NCBI RefSeq assembly: GCF_001194135.2
Contig: NC_068998.1
Span: forward strand, 13,031,275 to 13,095,274
DNA: 64,000 nt
DNA from: Octopus bimaculoides
Taxonomy: Eukaryota
Direction: 5' to 3'
The notes under the pieces were generated by a model. It was not told the DNA's origin. It was given only the letters and a program-made list of their open reading frames with translations, and searched no databases. Both the position numbers and the translations under genes were made by a program. Positions 37,191 through 49,956 of the stretch are shown here, piece by piece (position 1 is the stretch's first letter; each line of letters begins with the position of its first letter).

Positions 37191-40100
37191 TATGGAGCAG
37201 AGTGAAAATCATTAGATAGAATTGGGATTGACAAAGTAAAAAATAAATTCCAGAAAAAATAGCAAAAAATATTTATGAGCAAATTTAAACTTTACTGTAA
37301 CTAATGTGCTGTGCCTTAGATCCACTTCGACTTAGTGGATTAAGAATTATAAGTAAGTAAAAGTAAACAATAGTGAAAAAACCCTGTACTCCATCAGAGT
37401 ACAACTATATAAAATTACAAAACTCATCCTATTTGCGCTAGAAAGAAAAATAGAAGGAAGCAAAAGATAATGATGTAAGATTAAAACTTTTTCAATAGAC
37501 GAGAAATTTTAAGAACTTCATAATATGTAAGCAACAACTAAAGAAAATTGTATTCAAAACACCCTTTTCCTTATTCCATAGTTTCAAGTTCAAACTTCTA
37601 ATCCCACCAAATATTATGAAGAAATGATTATCTCCCTTGTATCAGCTGTCTGCTAGGGGAAACACCACGGGCAAAGATTAAAAGTTGAACCTTATTTGAA
37701 AAGAAATATCAATGATGTTGTTATTGAAGAATGCATGCAAAAAAGAAAAAAAGCTAAGTGGAAGCATAGATTCATGAACGAGGACTCTGGCCTTTAAGGA
37801 AAGATAAAACAAATTAAAATTTTAAAATGTATTTAAAACCCATTAGATTGGACAGTATAATAATAACTAAAACAAAAAAGTCACCAATATAGTCTATAAT
37901 TTCACTCTACTTAAAGCCAAAAAATGGTTAGATAGAAAATGAAAAAAAAAAAAAAAATAGCAAATAAATTTTTCAATTATATTTTGACAGGTAAGCTACA
38001 TCTGGGAAAGTTTATAGGTAGAATTATTTGAATTAGTACACTAGCTTTCCAAAATATCTTATGGAAGATATATCAGAGGAAAGCAATTTATTGATTACTT
38101 AATTTTCATCACTTATTCTTTCCTTTCAAACAGTTTCTTTTTTTAATCTTCTGTCAATATCAGGAGTTGCAGTGTACTGTAATTTATCATAGGTTACAAG
38201 TTGATGACAGGAGAAGATTTTTTCTTCCCTTTTTCGAAATAGGATGTCAATCTAATCTAAGTTTGGCTTAGAAGGAATTTTAGTTTGGCATTACAAACTA
38301 ACAAAATACCTATCAACTATGTAATTGCTTTCCTGCCTACAGCAGTAAATTGTACTTCACTATGCACAGCAGAGTGGTTAAGAAGTTTTCTTCACAGTTA
38401 TACAGTCTTGGTTTCAATCTCACTGCATGACAAATTTGGAAAGTATCTGTTACCATTGTTCTGGATCAACTTGAATTTTACAAGTGGAAAATGGTTTAAC
38501 AAAAACTGTTCTGAAGCCCTGAAATAGGCACTTCAAATAGGAATGAATTAAAGCTGTTAAGTCCTCTTAATAAATGATAAGAATTTTGAATAAGGAGTAT
38601 AGGTAGAGAGAATAATTCAAAATCAAATCAAATCAAATAAAGTGTTGTTAATCTAATAAGAATTTATAAAGCCTTGAGAGAACATGAGAGAATTGCTTTC
38701 TGGAATTGGCCATCAAAGTATACAGAAAGCCCAAGCAACACTGGGCTGAAAACCCACTCTGACAGAACAGGTCAAAGGCTGTCTATGGGCCACAGCAACT
38801 CTCATCTCCTTCCATCCACTAGGGCTCCTCAATCTGACATCTGGCCCCCCTAATCTAAAGCTCTATGTGCACCATGAGAACCACCTTTGACAACACTGTG
38901 TAACAAAATTTTTGTCTTTGGTCAAAAAGTGTTATTTCTTATTTGCTTCTATCTAGAAGTCAAAGGAAGTGACTTCTATTCCCTTCAAATTTTACTTTTC
39001 TAGCCTGGACATCAATGCTTTGAACCTAATCTGTTTTCCATTACATTTCAGACAGATTCAGGGCTGAGTTGCTGAAGCAGAAATATCATTATAGCAAATA
39101 TTCTGCTTAATACCACAGAATTGCTTGTCCTTAACCACTTGAACATGTCTATTAGTGACTGACAATATGTGCATCTCTGATCATGAGCAGAAGTAGTAGG
39201 GGAGCATCATAACCATGTGTTGAGAAACATTCTTTGTCGTTTGAATAAATGCAATATAAGCAAAAGTTTGAAGGAAATATTAGCCATTTTTTCATGCTTT
39301 CTAAGGGGTAAGCAAATAGGAAATAACAGTTGCTACCCAATGACAAAAATCGTGTTACACAGTGCAAGGAATTAAAGTGAGAGAGATGAAGGGAAAAGTA
39401 GAAAAATTAGATGAAAGATCGACACCAGTATGTGGTGTCACGATTCCAAAGATGAAAGTGCGCTAGTATTGAAGTTATATATATGTACCTATGTATGAAG
39501 ATGCGCTTGTGTGTGTGTGTATGTGTGTGTGTGTGTTGACATTTACAGTCTATGAAAGTAGTAATCTATGAGTTAGATTCTCATCACATTGTCATTTAGC
39601 CCCAGGTCAGCCCTGATCAAGCAGAATTATGATCAAATATATTCTAGTCATGACCATCCTGTCTTCATGTACCTTGGACTACATTAACAGACACAGCTTA
39701 CTTTATTATTTGTTTTATTCTTTATTTTTTCTTATGGAAAGTTCTAGTTCCAGGATGTTTACCCACCATACTTTATTTATTTTCAATATCTTATCGAAAT
39801 GGAGACATTATATAGGATTTTCTAGGGAGTATCATAATTATAATGCTAATTAATTTTTAATAATGATATATTTCTGTTTTATTTGTATAAACATAGAGAT
39901 GGAAATAATTTCAAATTAATGTGTTTTACTATACATCTGTTTCCAAATGTAAATATATTCCCTCTGGCATCTCAAGGTTCAGTTTGTTATGATGTGGATG
40001 TATATGGTGTGGATGTTTACAGAGTGTGTTGATGCGTATATGCATGTCTGTCTGCAGGTTAGTACGTATGTAGGTATTTATATATGTATGGATATATATA

Positions 40101-40262
40101 TGTACGTATATATATTTGTGTATGTGTGTATACATACATACATTTATGTGAATATATATATATAAAATATTATATACAGAGAAAAATAGATTGATAAATA
40201 GAAAGATAGATGTTCTACTTATATACATATAAAGTTATACATACCTATCTATCTAATATATG

Positions 40263-40313
<51 letters not shown>

Positions 40314-40480
40314 NNNNNNNNNNNNNNNNNNNNNNNNNNNNNNNNNNNNNNNNNNNNNNNNNNNNNNNNNNNNNNNNNNNNNNNNNNNNNNNNNNNNNNN
40401 NNNNNNNNNNNNNNNNNNNNNNNNNNNNNNNNNNNNNNNNNNNNNNNNNNNNNNNNNNNNNNNNNNNNNNNNNNNNNNNN

Positions 40481-40514
<34 letters not shown>

Positions 40515-41299
40515 GATAAGAAACATAAGAAAATGGAGATAAATTTCAGTTTATTCCTTTCCTTACCTATCATTTATGAACATTAATACTAATATACAAA
40601 TTAGCATGAAGTGTAAGGATGCAGAAAAGCATCAACCTGCTAGAAATAAGAGCTAAAGTTTTAATTAAACCACCGTAAAGCACCAAAGACATGCATGCTG
40701 GCATCTTGGGTGACTGTTTTCTGTTATAGCACCAATCCAACCAAAGCCTTGTGAGTGGTTTTGTTAGACTGAAACTGATGATGATGATGATGGGGGTTGA
40801 AGTGGTGATTATGAAATGATGCATTGCATTACACCTGGTTTTGTATAACATATGTGTAAACATATTTAGTTCTTCCATGAAAATTGATTTAGGTTGAAAA
40901 CACAAGTTAATGAGAATATGTCATCAGGAATTGTCATTAAATGTGTAAACAACTGCGCCATTAAACTTGTTGCAAAGATAGCGTCTGCATTTTATATATT
41001 GATACACTCATGCATGACACATGTGCACACACACATACACACATACCTACACACACACACACACCTACACATATACACATACACAGACAGATAGACAGAG
41101 AAATGGACAGATAGATAGACAAATAGATAGATAGATAGATAGAGACAGACAGACACATTGAACTTGCATGCAAGTTCAAAATATTATTTATCTAATTATC
41201 TAATATATATATATATGTGTGTGTGTGTATATATTTATATATATATAGTTTATAATTTTAAATATATATATATGATATGAATATAGAAATGCAAAGGGG

Positions 41300-41720
41300 C
41301 TCCAGCAAGACCATTACAGATCCTCTTCCAAAGCTTGCATGATAGATCTTGATTTTACAAAGGCCTTTCATAAGGTTGGTCTTGAGATGATATGTCACAA
41401 GCTATGGAGACTCGGCATATTTGGAAAACTGAGAGAATGGTTACATGACTTCTTAAAAGGCAGAGGCCAAGCTGTGACAGTCAATGCCTCAGGGAACTGT
41501 CTTGAGGCCACTGCTGTTTACGGTAGATCTTTTGGACCTGCCATCATTTACACAGACTACTACACTTACTAACTGCACCAATTACACAAAAATAGTACAA
41601 GCGGTCAAGGGACCTCCCAGTTCTAATCCTATACGGAAAGATTTTGATGCCATATATAAATGGCATCAGAAAACAGCATGCAATTTAATGTAGGGAAATT
41701 TCGAGTCATCCACTATCAGC
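41300..41720 (+). mobile_element. CR1/L2-group LINE RT fossil
   Basis: LDFTKAFHKV, KLWRLGIFGKLREWLHDFL, PQGTVLRPLLF. Confidence 0.85.
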
Positions 41721-41759
41721 TAGCTCGTGCTTACATGCTTCAACAACAATACTTTAATT

Positions 41760-41893
41760 TCACTCCCAAAAGCAGGCTTGGTTCTACCTGAAATATGGTA
41801 AAACATATTTTCTCAAGATGCTAAAGAGTGGAATTGAAACCAGGACCTCCTGTTTCAAAGCAAACTTCTTCACCATTCAGCCATACTCGCATC
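41760..41893 (-). mobile_element. SINE family A head, diverged
   Basis: ggaattgaaaccagg...caaacttcttcaccattcagccat. Confidence 0.6.
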
Positions 41894-42533
41894 TAGTGAA
41901 TAGCAGCTGAAAGACGAACAAACAAACAACAAAAACAAAAGCAAGCTTAAAGTCCTTTTAGCAAGAGACCATATTTCTGCTAACAACAAAATGACGAGTC
42001 TTGAATATTTAGTTTAAGTGTTTGTAAATACCCTGCAACACAGTGGCCATTAACTTGGCTTCGTTACAATTGAATGTCACATATCCATTTTAGTAAAGGT
42101 TACATACAGTGTTTTCAATGAAGGAAATACAATAAGTCATTTATTGTTTTGTTATATACAATAGCAGAGAACAGTGGTGAAGATAATAATCTATTTAAAG
42201 GATTTCTAAAATTCCATCTCAACTTCAGATTTTCTTACATATAGTTTCGGTTGATTTAAATCTATCTTGGCTCTTTTGTTAACCATGGCATTTCAGTTTT
42301 GTTTTCATCATCATCATTATTATCGTTATCATCATCATCATTCTCATTGTTGTCATCATCATTTAACATTCCTCTTTCCATGCTGTCATGGATTGAACAC
42401 TTCAACAGGAAATCAACANNNNNNNNNNTTTTTTTTTGTTTTTTTTTTTTTACCTCTGAATGAAAACGAATTGATAAAACTGCACTATTATATATTTGGC
42501 TTTCACCTAACCCCAGCAATGCAGGAATCTCTC

Positions 42534-43005
42534 TTTGAAATGGTATAGATTAATAGGTCAACACTGTTGTATCTTTCTAGTAGGGTTTGTCCTAGATTTT
42601 TGTACTGCTATAGGTCAATGTCCTAATTCTTGTAATAACAGTAAGGTTTAATACATAATTTTCCTATTTATTTGTCTCAAGTTTTTGAAATGGTATGGAT
42701 TAATAAGTCAACACTATTGTATCCTTTAAACCAGTTATTTTTTGTCCTAAATCCTGTTATATCAAGTTCTATATCTTTAAACTGGTATCAATTAATAGGT
42801 CAACACTATTGTATCTTTCTAGTTGGGTTTGTCCTAGATCTTTGTACAGCTATAGGTCAGTGTCCACACTATTGTATTTTTTCTATTTAGTTTCTGTCCT
42901 AACTCTTGAAATAACAGTAAAGTTCAATATGAACTTTCCCTGTCGGTTTTGACTTAAATCTGAAATGGTATGGATTAATAAGAAAACACTATTGTATCTT
43001 TCAAG
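42534..43005. repeat. Complex minisatellite, four copies of a 43-bp core
   Basis: TGAAATGGTATRGATTAATARGTCAACACTATTGTATCTTT-like core at about 42536, 42686, 42778, 42961. Confidence 0.8.
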
Positions 43006-43162
43006 TGTAGAGAGTCAGGACAAATATCACAAGATTCCAGTACTGTAACTGTCTCTACCAATTCACTGCCCTAAAAAAATGCCACAAGAGTAGATAATCT
43101 ACTGTTATCCAATATATTACTTTTTGATATTCCATTTGATAAATAATATATTGATGTATAAT

Positions 43163-43700
43163 AAGATGGTGAGCAGGCAGAATTGTTAGCATGCTGGACA
43201 AAATGCCTAGTGGCGTTTTGTTCGTCTTTACATTCAGAGTTCAAATTCCGCTGAGGTTGACTTTGCCTTTCATCCTTTCGAGGTTGATAAATTAAGTACC
43301 AGATGCATACTGGGGTTGATGTAATCAGCTGGCCCCCTCCCACCAAATTTCGTGCATTGTACCTAGAGTAGAAAAGAATATTTAAAGGTGGTGAGCTGGC
43401 AGAAACATTAGCACACTGGGCGAAATGCTTAGAGATATTTCGTCTGTTTTTACGCTCTGAGTTCAAATTTTGCCAAGGTTGACTTTGCCTTTCATCCTGT
43501 CTGGGTTGATAAATTAAGTACCAGTTGCATACTGAGATCGATTTAATTGACTAGCCCCCCACCCCTTTCCCAAAAATTTCGGGTCATGTGCCTAGGGTAG
43601 AAAAGAATAAAGTAAGTACCAGTTGAGTGTTGGGGGATTAATGTAATTGATTTATTCCCTCCCTCGAAATTGCTGGCCTTGTGTCAAAATTTGAAATCAA
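43163..43700 (+). mobile_element. Tandem family B copies
   Basis: Copies at 43163-43380 and 43385-43608; 3' fragment 43610-43700. Confidence 0.9.
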
Positions 43701-43984
43701 TATTTCATTCAATAAGTAATATATTGATATACAATAAAAACCAATGTAAAAAAATAATTAAGCTTTGTTATATTAATACTTGTTTTCTTTAAGAAAAGTG
43801 GATGAAGAAAACCTTTGTCAGTTAATTCTCTGTATCATATAAACTCTTTATTTAAAGCAGGAATAAAAGATATATATATTGCACAGTGAATGAAAGATAT
43901 AAATTACACAATGTTTTTCAGTATAACCGTAATCTTTAGTCTATTTTTGACTTTTAAATCTATTTTTACATTTTCATAATCAAT

Positions 43985-44715
43985 ATGCTTAAGTATGTTC
44001 AGAGATGCAGTTAGCAAGCTAAGAGTAAGAATGAATACGAAGACGAATTTTGTGTACAGGTAGAAGTCTACATTGGCTCAACACACAGCTATCTCCTGTT
44101 TGTTATAGTCCTCCATAGCAGACGAGTTTAAAACTGCTTTTCCAAGGGAACTCCTGTATATTGATGACCTTGTTCTTACAGCAGAATCTGGGGAAGATTT
44201 GGAGAAGAAATTCCAAGCATGGAAGCAAAACCTGGAATTGAAGGGCCTTAAAGTAAACTAAGTCAATACTAAAGTCATACTAAGTTGAAAAGGGGACAGG
44301 ATTCTGTTGCTATCCAGGAAATGGCTGTGCCCCGTATGCAGAAAGGGAGTTGGTGAGAACACCATACAATGTACCCAGAGCAAACAATGAATGTAGAAGG
44401 GGTGTAATGGGATCGAAAAGGTTAGCAGCAGAGGTAAATTTCATAATGTGGTAAGTGCTCAGATTAAGCACAACGAGCACATGGAAAATAAATTCTATCA
44501 ACTGCTCAAAATGTTTCCCAGAAGTAGTAAACAGCTTTTATTACCGAAGTACCATGTAAAGTGGTCGGCGTTTAGAAGAGGTACCCAGTCATAGAGAACT
44601 TGACAAAACTGAGACATTGGAATGAGACATGATCATAGATAAGTTGGATCTTGTCAAGCCATTCAACCAATTCCTGCATGGAAGGAGATGGACATAAAAT
44701 GATGATGATGACGAC
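43985..44715 (+). mobile_element. RTE LINE RT fossil ending in a family C-like tail
   Basis: ELLYIDDLVLTAESGEDLEKKFQAWKQNLELKGLKVN; tail gtggtcggcgtttagaagagg...ggacataaaa(tga)n. Confidence 0.85.
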
Positions 44716-44929
44716 TATGATGACAACAAGAAAGAGGAGGAGGAGGAGGAAGCAAAAGTGACACATAGGGCATATTTTTTAATATTTTTTTTTACCACTG
44801 TATTTACAGAATGGTGAATAGCAACACTGGCAGGTGTTAAGATAAGATTAATGAGACAGAAAATGACACAAATATCTTGTGCAGTCAATCAATTTCTACA
44901 TAAATATTCATCAATCAAAATATTTTGCA

Positions 44930-45190
44930 TACGGACATCTTGATGCACTCTAACAGATGTGCAAACCCCGCACTCCACTCTGTCTTTCCTGCAGCCATCT
45001 GCTTATGTCATGTATTCCAACATCTTTTACTTTATGCCTGTTCCTTGATGCTGTCCCATCACCTCCATTGTAGTCTTCATTAATATCTCTTTTAAAAGGT
45101 GTTTGTCTATGCATGGCCATTATTTGCTAGAGGTAGAGAGTGTCATTATGTCATGTTGCATGATCAAACCACTTCATTTTCCAGCTTTTT
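44930..45190 (-). mobile_element. Possible RTE-type ORF2 C-terminal fossil
   Basis: KMKWFDHAT resembles KLKWFGHVTR; degenerate. Confidence 0.4.
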
Positions 45191-46006
45191 AAGAAATTGA
45201 CAAAAGGAGCTTGTTCAATGTTCAGCTTCTAGAATGTCAATAATTTCACTTTTCTATACCATTTCATTTTGGAAGCTATAGTCTTTTACTCACTCTCAGT
45301 GTTAAAATAAAATCATGGAGAAGTTCATACAAGACTTATAGAATTTGATAGCTTTGAAAATTGGCCAAACACATTTGAAATAAAAATGAAAGAAGAAAAA
45401 ATAGAAATGCACTTAAATATGAAAACATATATATTTATATTCAGAGCATATTTTCTACAACTCGTTTGAGGTGTCATCTCCCTCAAGGTTATCAGATATA
45501 TTCTAATTTTGGTCCATTTTTTTTTTATCTAAGAACTGCCAAAAATTAATTTCAGATGGTTGAGATGGAAAAAAGAAAAAAATAGCCCCAAGAAAAGGAT
45601 ACTTTTTCACATCTTGCAATCCTCAGAGAATTCAAGGATATCACTAAAGCCGAGGCTCTGCTGACTGCTGGCCCCACTGCTAATTTCTTAACACTGAGAA
45701 GTATGGTCCTTACATCTATGTAAGCTAAATTCTTCAAAAATGATTGATATAATCATTATTTTCTGTCAAATTATAATGCTATCTATTATCTTTGGAGTTG
45801 CATGAGAGATCGAATATAGAAATATATGCCACACACAGCTAAAGATTTGGCATTACATTTAAAACACCTTTGGAACTCTGAAACTAGAATTTCACATGAG
45901 ATGAAACTTAATACCCCCCCCCCCCATTTCTCTCTCTCTAAAATGAATGAAGAGATTATCATATACTTAAAGTCAACATTAAGTTGACACATAACAACAT
46001 CTATAC

Positions 46007-46164
46007 AGACACAGGCATGGCTGTGTGGTAAGAAGTTTGCTTCTCAACCACATAGTTCCAGGTTCAATCCTCCTGTGTGGAATTTTGGGAAAGTGTCTTC
46101 TACTATAGCTGCAGCATGACCCACACATTGTGAGTGTATTTGGGAGATGGAAACTGAAAGAAGC

Positions 46165-46173
<9 letters not shown>
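46007..46173 (+). mobile_element. SINE family A, 5' half, runs into microsatellite and gap
   Basis: cacaggcatggctgtgtggtaagaag head. Confidence 0.85.
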
Positions 46174-46229
<56 letters not shown>

Positions 46230-46690
46230 NNNNNNNNNNNNNNNNNNNNNNNNNNNNNNNNNNNNNNNNNNNNNNNNNNNNNNNNNNNNNNNNNNNNNNN
46301 NNNNNNNNNNNNNNNNNNNNNNNNNNNNNNNNNNNNNNNNNNNNNNNNNNNNNNNNNNNNNNNNNNNNNNNNNNNNNNNNNNNNNNNNNNNNNNNNNNNN
46401 NNNNNNNNNNNNNNNNNNNNNNNNNNNNNNNNNNNNNNNNNNNNNNNNNNNNNNNNNNNNNNNNNNNNNNNNNNNNNNNNNNNNNNNNNNNNNNNNNNNN
46501 NNNNNNNNNNNNNNNNNNNNNNNNNNNNNNNNNNNNNNNNNNNNNNNNNNNNNNNNNNNNNNNNNNNNNNNNNNNNNNNNNNNNNNNNNNNNNNNNNNNN
46601 NNNNNNNNNNNNNNNNNNNNNNNNNNNNNNNNNNNNNNNNTGTGATTGTTTCAGTTAGTGGAATAGATTCATTTATAAAGTGAAGGTATT

Positions 46691-46923
46691 TGACATGAGT
46701 GTTTTTGTTTCACTTTTGACACGTAATACTTAAATAGTGGAAGAGATATGATGTTGCTGTGGGCTTGAACTATGCAAGAAGTTAAAGATTTTTTGACTAA
46801 AACACAACCTAAGTAAGGCATGTGTAAAATTTGAATGAAATTGGTTGTGTAGTTCTCGAGTTTTAGGGATTCACACAAACACACGGACAGACAGACAAAC
46901 ATTCTCATTTTTATATATATAGA
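46691..46923 (+). mobile_element. Helitron-like non-autonomous element 3' end, copy 1
   Basis: aaattggttgtgtagttct...(acag)n...cattctc..tttatatatataga; near-identical to 48310-48572; class assignment by resemblance. Confidence 0.5.
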
Positions 46924-47164
46924 AAAGAGATATATTGTATGTATGTGTATGTGTGTATGTTTATGCTAGTGTGTGTGTGTAATTGAAACAAATGAAAAAC
47001 TTTATGTATGTGTATGCAGGTATGTGAAACCTTTTGATGTTGTATACCCCACTGTAAATGATCTGTCACAAGCTAGAGTTACCTTCCTACATACCATGCA
47101 AGGTTACTTCTCAGGTTCCCCTGGGATTTTGACCTTGCTCTCTCTTTATCTATCTTTTATTTTT

Positions 47165-47557
47165 TTATCTTTTACTTGTCTCAGTCATTTGACTGTGGCC
47201 ATGCTGGAGCTCCACCTCGAAGGGTTTTTAGTCAAACAAATTGATCCCAGGACATACCTTTTTAAAACCTAGTACTTATTCTATCAGTCTCTTTTTGCTA
47301 TGTTATGGGGACATAAACACACCAACATTGGTTGTCAAGTCACAGTGGGGATAAACACATACAAAGACACACCCACATAGACACACACACATGACAGGCT
47401 TCTTTCAGTTTCTGTGTACCAAATCCACCCACAAGGTTTTAGCCATTCTGAAGCTATAGTAGAAAGACACTTGTCCAAGGTGCTATGCAGTGGGACTGAA
47501 CCTGGAACCATATGGTTAGAAAACAAGCTTCTTACCACACAAACATACCTGTGCCTA
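47165..47557 (-). mobile_element. SINE family A, near full length
   Basis: Tail, body and head present. Confidence 0.9.
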
Positions 47558-48309
47558 TATCTATGCATGTGTAATGTGAATATCTATGTATGCGAATAAC
47601 TAAGACTCTATTTCTCAATTCAAATATTGGTTTTGTGACAACCGATCTATGAATTAATGGATTACATTGTAAATATATAATTAAACATGTCAGAAAACTA
47701 ATCTATATGTATAGAACTCAACAAAAATTGGTAAAAATTCCCACAAAAATTTACAATACATGCCTAATTAAATCACTCTAACTGACAATAGTTTCTTATA
47801 TGATCGAAATTCTAATATATATGACTGGAATCATAAGAATAAATTATTAGATTTTCTCTTGTATGCAAATATCTTTTATGTAAATCATTTCTGAAAATGT
47901 ATGAGGAATTATTATTACAGCAATTTTAGTTGAATTTACATATTATTGACTTCATTTTATGTAACGTTCCACTTATCTTGTAAGTATCTATTTTACGTAC
48001 TTTGCACTTGCTGAAGTTTGGAGGAAGAGGTAGTGTCCTTGACCTTTGCGGTCCTCTGAGACTCATATGTTTAATGCCATTAATCTTTGTCATCATTGTT
48101 GTTGTCATTATCATCATCATCACATACACACATACACACACACACACACAAATGTGAGCATATAGATGCAAAACAAGGTGGAGTTAATAATACTCAAATA
48201 CCAAAGCTAGAGCAAAACATTACGTTACAAGAAATTCTTATTTGCCTGTCATGGTACTTAAATGAGAATGAGATGTAAGGGGACAATGTTTTTGAGATTC
48301 CGGTTCGAA

Positions 48310-48572
48310 TGATATGAGTGTTTTTGTTTCACTTTTGACACGTAATACTTAAATAGTGGAGGAGATATGATGTTGCTGTGGGCTGGAAGTATGCAAGAAG
48401 TTAAACATTTTTTTTGACTAAAGCACAACCAGGACCCTAAGTAAGGCATGTGTAAAATTTGAATGAAATTGGTTGTGTAGTTCTGGAGTTTTAGGGATTC
48501 ACACAGACACATACACACACACATACACACAGGCACACAGACATACATTCTCAATTTTATATATATATAGAT
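48310..48572 (+). mobile_element. Helitron-like non-autonomous element 3' end, copy 2
   Basis: Same block as 46691-46923 with an 8-bp insertion (aggaccct). Confidence 0.5.
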
Positions 48573-48600
48573 TATTTTAGTGAAGCCAAGAAAATCTCAC

Positions 48601-48642
48601 GGCTGTCTGATGATCAGTGATATGAAACTCAGAGTAACAGTT
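48601..48642 (+). ncRNA. Minimal type I hammerhead ribozyme motif A, core intact
   Basis: CTGT-CTGATGA-tcagtgatat-GAAA-CTC a GAG-TA|ACAG; stems I and III perfect, stem II decayed. Confidence 0.7.
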
Positions 48643-48729
48643 TGTAAAATGATTTTCAGCTTTAATCAAATAATACATATACATCATCATCATCATCATT
48701 AGCAATGCGTCCCAAATATTTTCAAAATT

Positions 48730-49240
48730 CACTGGCCCCACTCCTGAAATATAAGGTTGTTATATTGATGACTATATCAGTGTGATCTTGCTCTCCCACA
48801 AACAACTACACTTCTACCTCTCTTTTGTCCAGTCTTTCCATCCTGCCTTCGAATTCTCCTGCACCATTTCATACACTTCTGTTGCCTTTCTCGACATTTC
48901 GGTCAACATATACCACTCCACTCTCACCATCTCCAACCACTTCAAACACACTGACTCACACCCATACCTCAACTTCTCCTCCTCCCACCCTACCCACACC
49001 AAACTCTCCATCCCCTACTCCCGATTCCTCTGTCTGCGCAGGCTCTGCAGTAACAACCATGACTTTGAGACTCAGTCTCAACTCATGGCTTGACACTTCA
49101 TCCTTCGTGGATATCCCCAGACCACTATCAACACCGCCCATGGACTGTGCCTCTTATCTCTCTTCCCACATCTGCCCCACTGTTACCCATCTCCTGTTTC
49201 CCCTCACCTACCAACTCTCCAATGCACCATTCTCTGAACC
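48730..49240 (+). mobile_element. Penelope-like element RT/thumb fossil
   Basis: YIDD (48761-72), FLDISV, HTDSHPYLNFSSSHPTHTKLSIPYSRFLCLRRLCS, RGYP (49106-17). Confidence 0.9.
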
Positions 49241-49261
49241 TTCCGGCAACTCCAGTCTGAT

Positions 49262-49650
49262 ATACTTGGATTGTTGAAAAAATCGATATGGCCCCTGGAA
49301 GGGACCTTTATATCTACCTCATATAACTAATTCTTTTAAACACCCAAGGGAAATAACCCATAGCACTTGTACAATATTTTTTTAAACACTCAAGGGAAAT
49401 AACCTATTTCATTGTTTATGTTCGACTACTTTGAATATTGATATTTTGTGCGTCCTATTTCTAATTTTTGCAAGCAATATCACTTTTAAACTTTATTTGA
49501 CACATGAGTAGAACTCATGTCCGAAAACCTCGTGACATACTTAGATTGTTGAAAAAATTCGATAATAGGGCCCTTCCAATGGATCCTTCTATCTACTACA
49601 TATTATTAACATTTTATTTAAGCAGCCCAAGGGAAATAACCCATACCACC
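49262..49650. repeat. Imperfect direct repeat of about 110 bp
   Basis: tacttggattgttgaaaaa...caagggaaataaccc at about 49262 and 49537; caagggaaataacc occurs three times. Confidence 0.75.
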
Positions 49651-49915
49651 TGCAGATTTTAGCAAAGTGATCAATATTTGATTCTCACGATCAGTTGACC
49701 TAATTCTGCATTTCACTACTCAGAGTTTTGAACTGTTAGACATTATTATTACACTTCCTTAATTTGAATCTTAAACATTAAAGAGTTCATTCATACATTT
49801 CGTTACATACATACATTTTTGAATGCCCATTACTCTGATAATTCTGTATTTTTACAGTTACACTTTTTCCATGACAGTAGATAAATTTCATATATATACA
49901 TATATACATACAAGC

Positions 49916-49956
<41 letters not shown>

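Noticed and set aside
37965-37996. ttttgacAG|GTAAGC on the + strand (second recursive-like site)
   Set aside because: No branch-point match; shows the motif can arise by chance
45556-45719. + strand exon with ttcag| and |gtaagc
   Set aside because: Stops in all three frames over the full length; kept only as part of the low-confidence exon-chain finding
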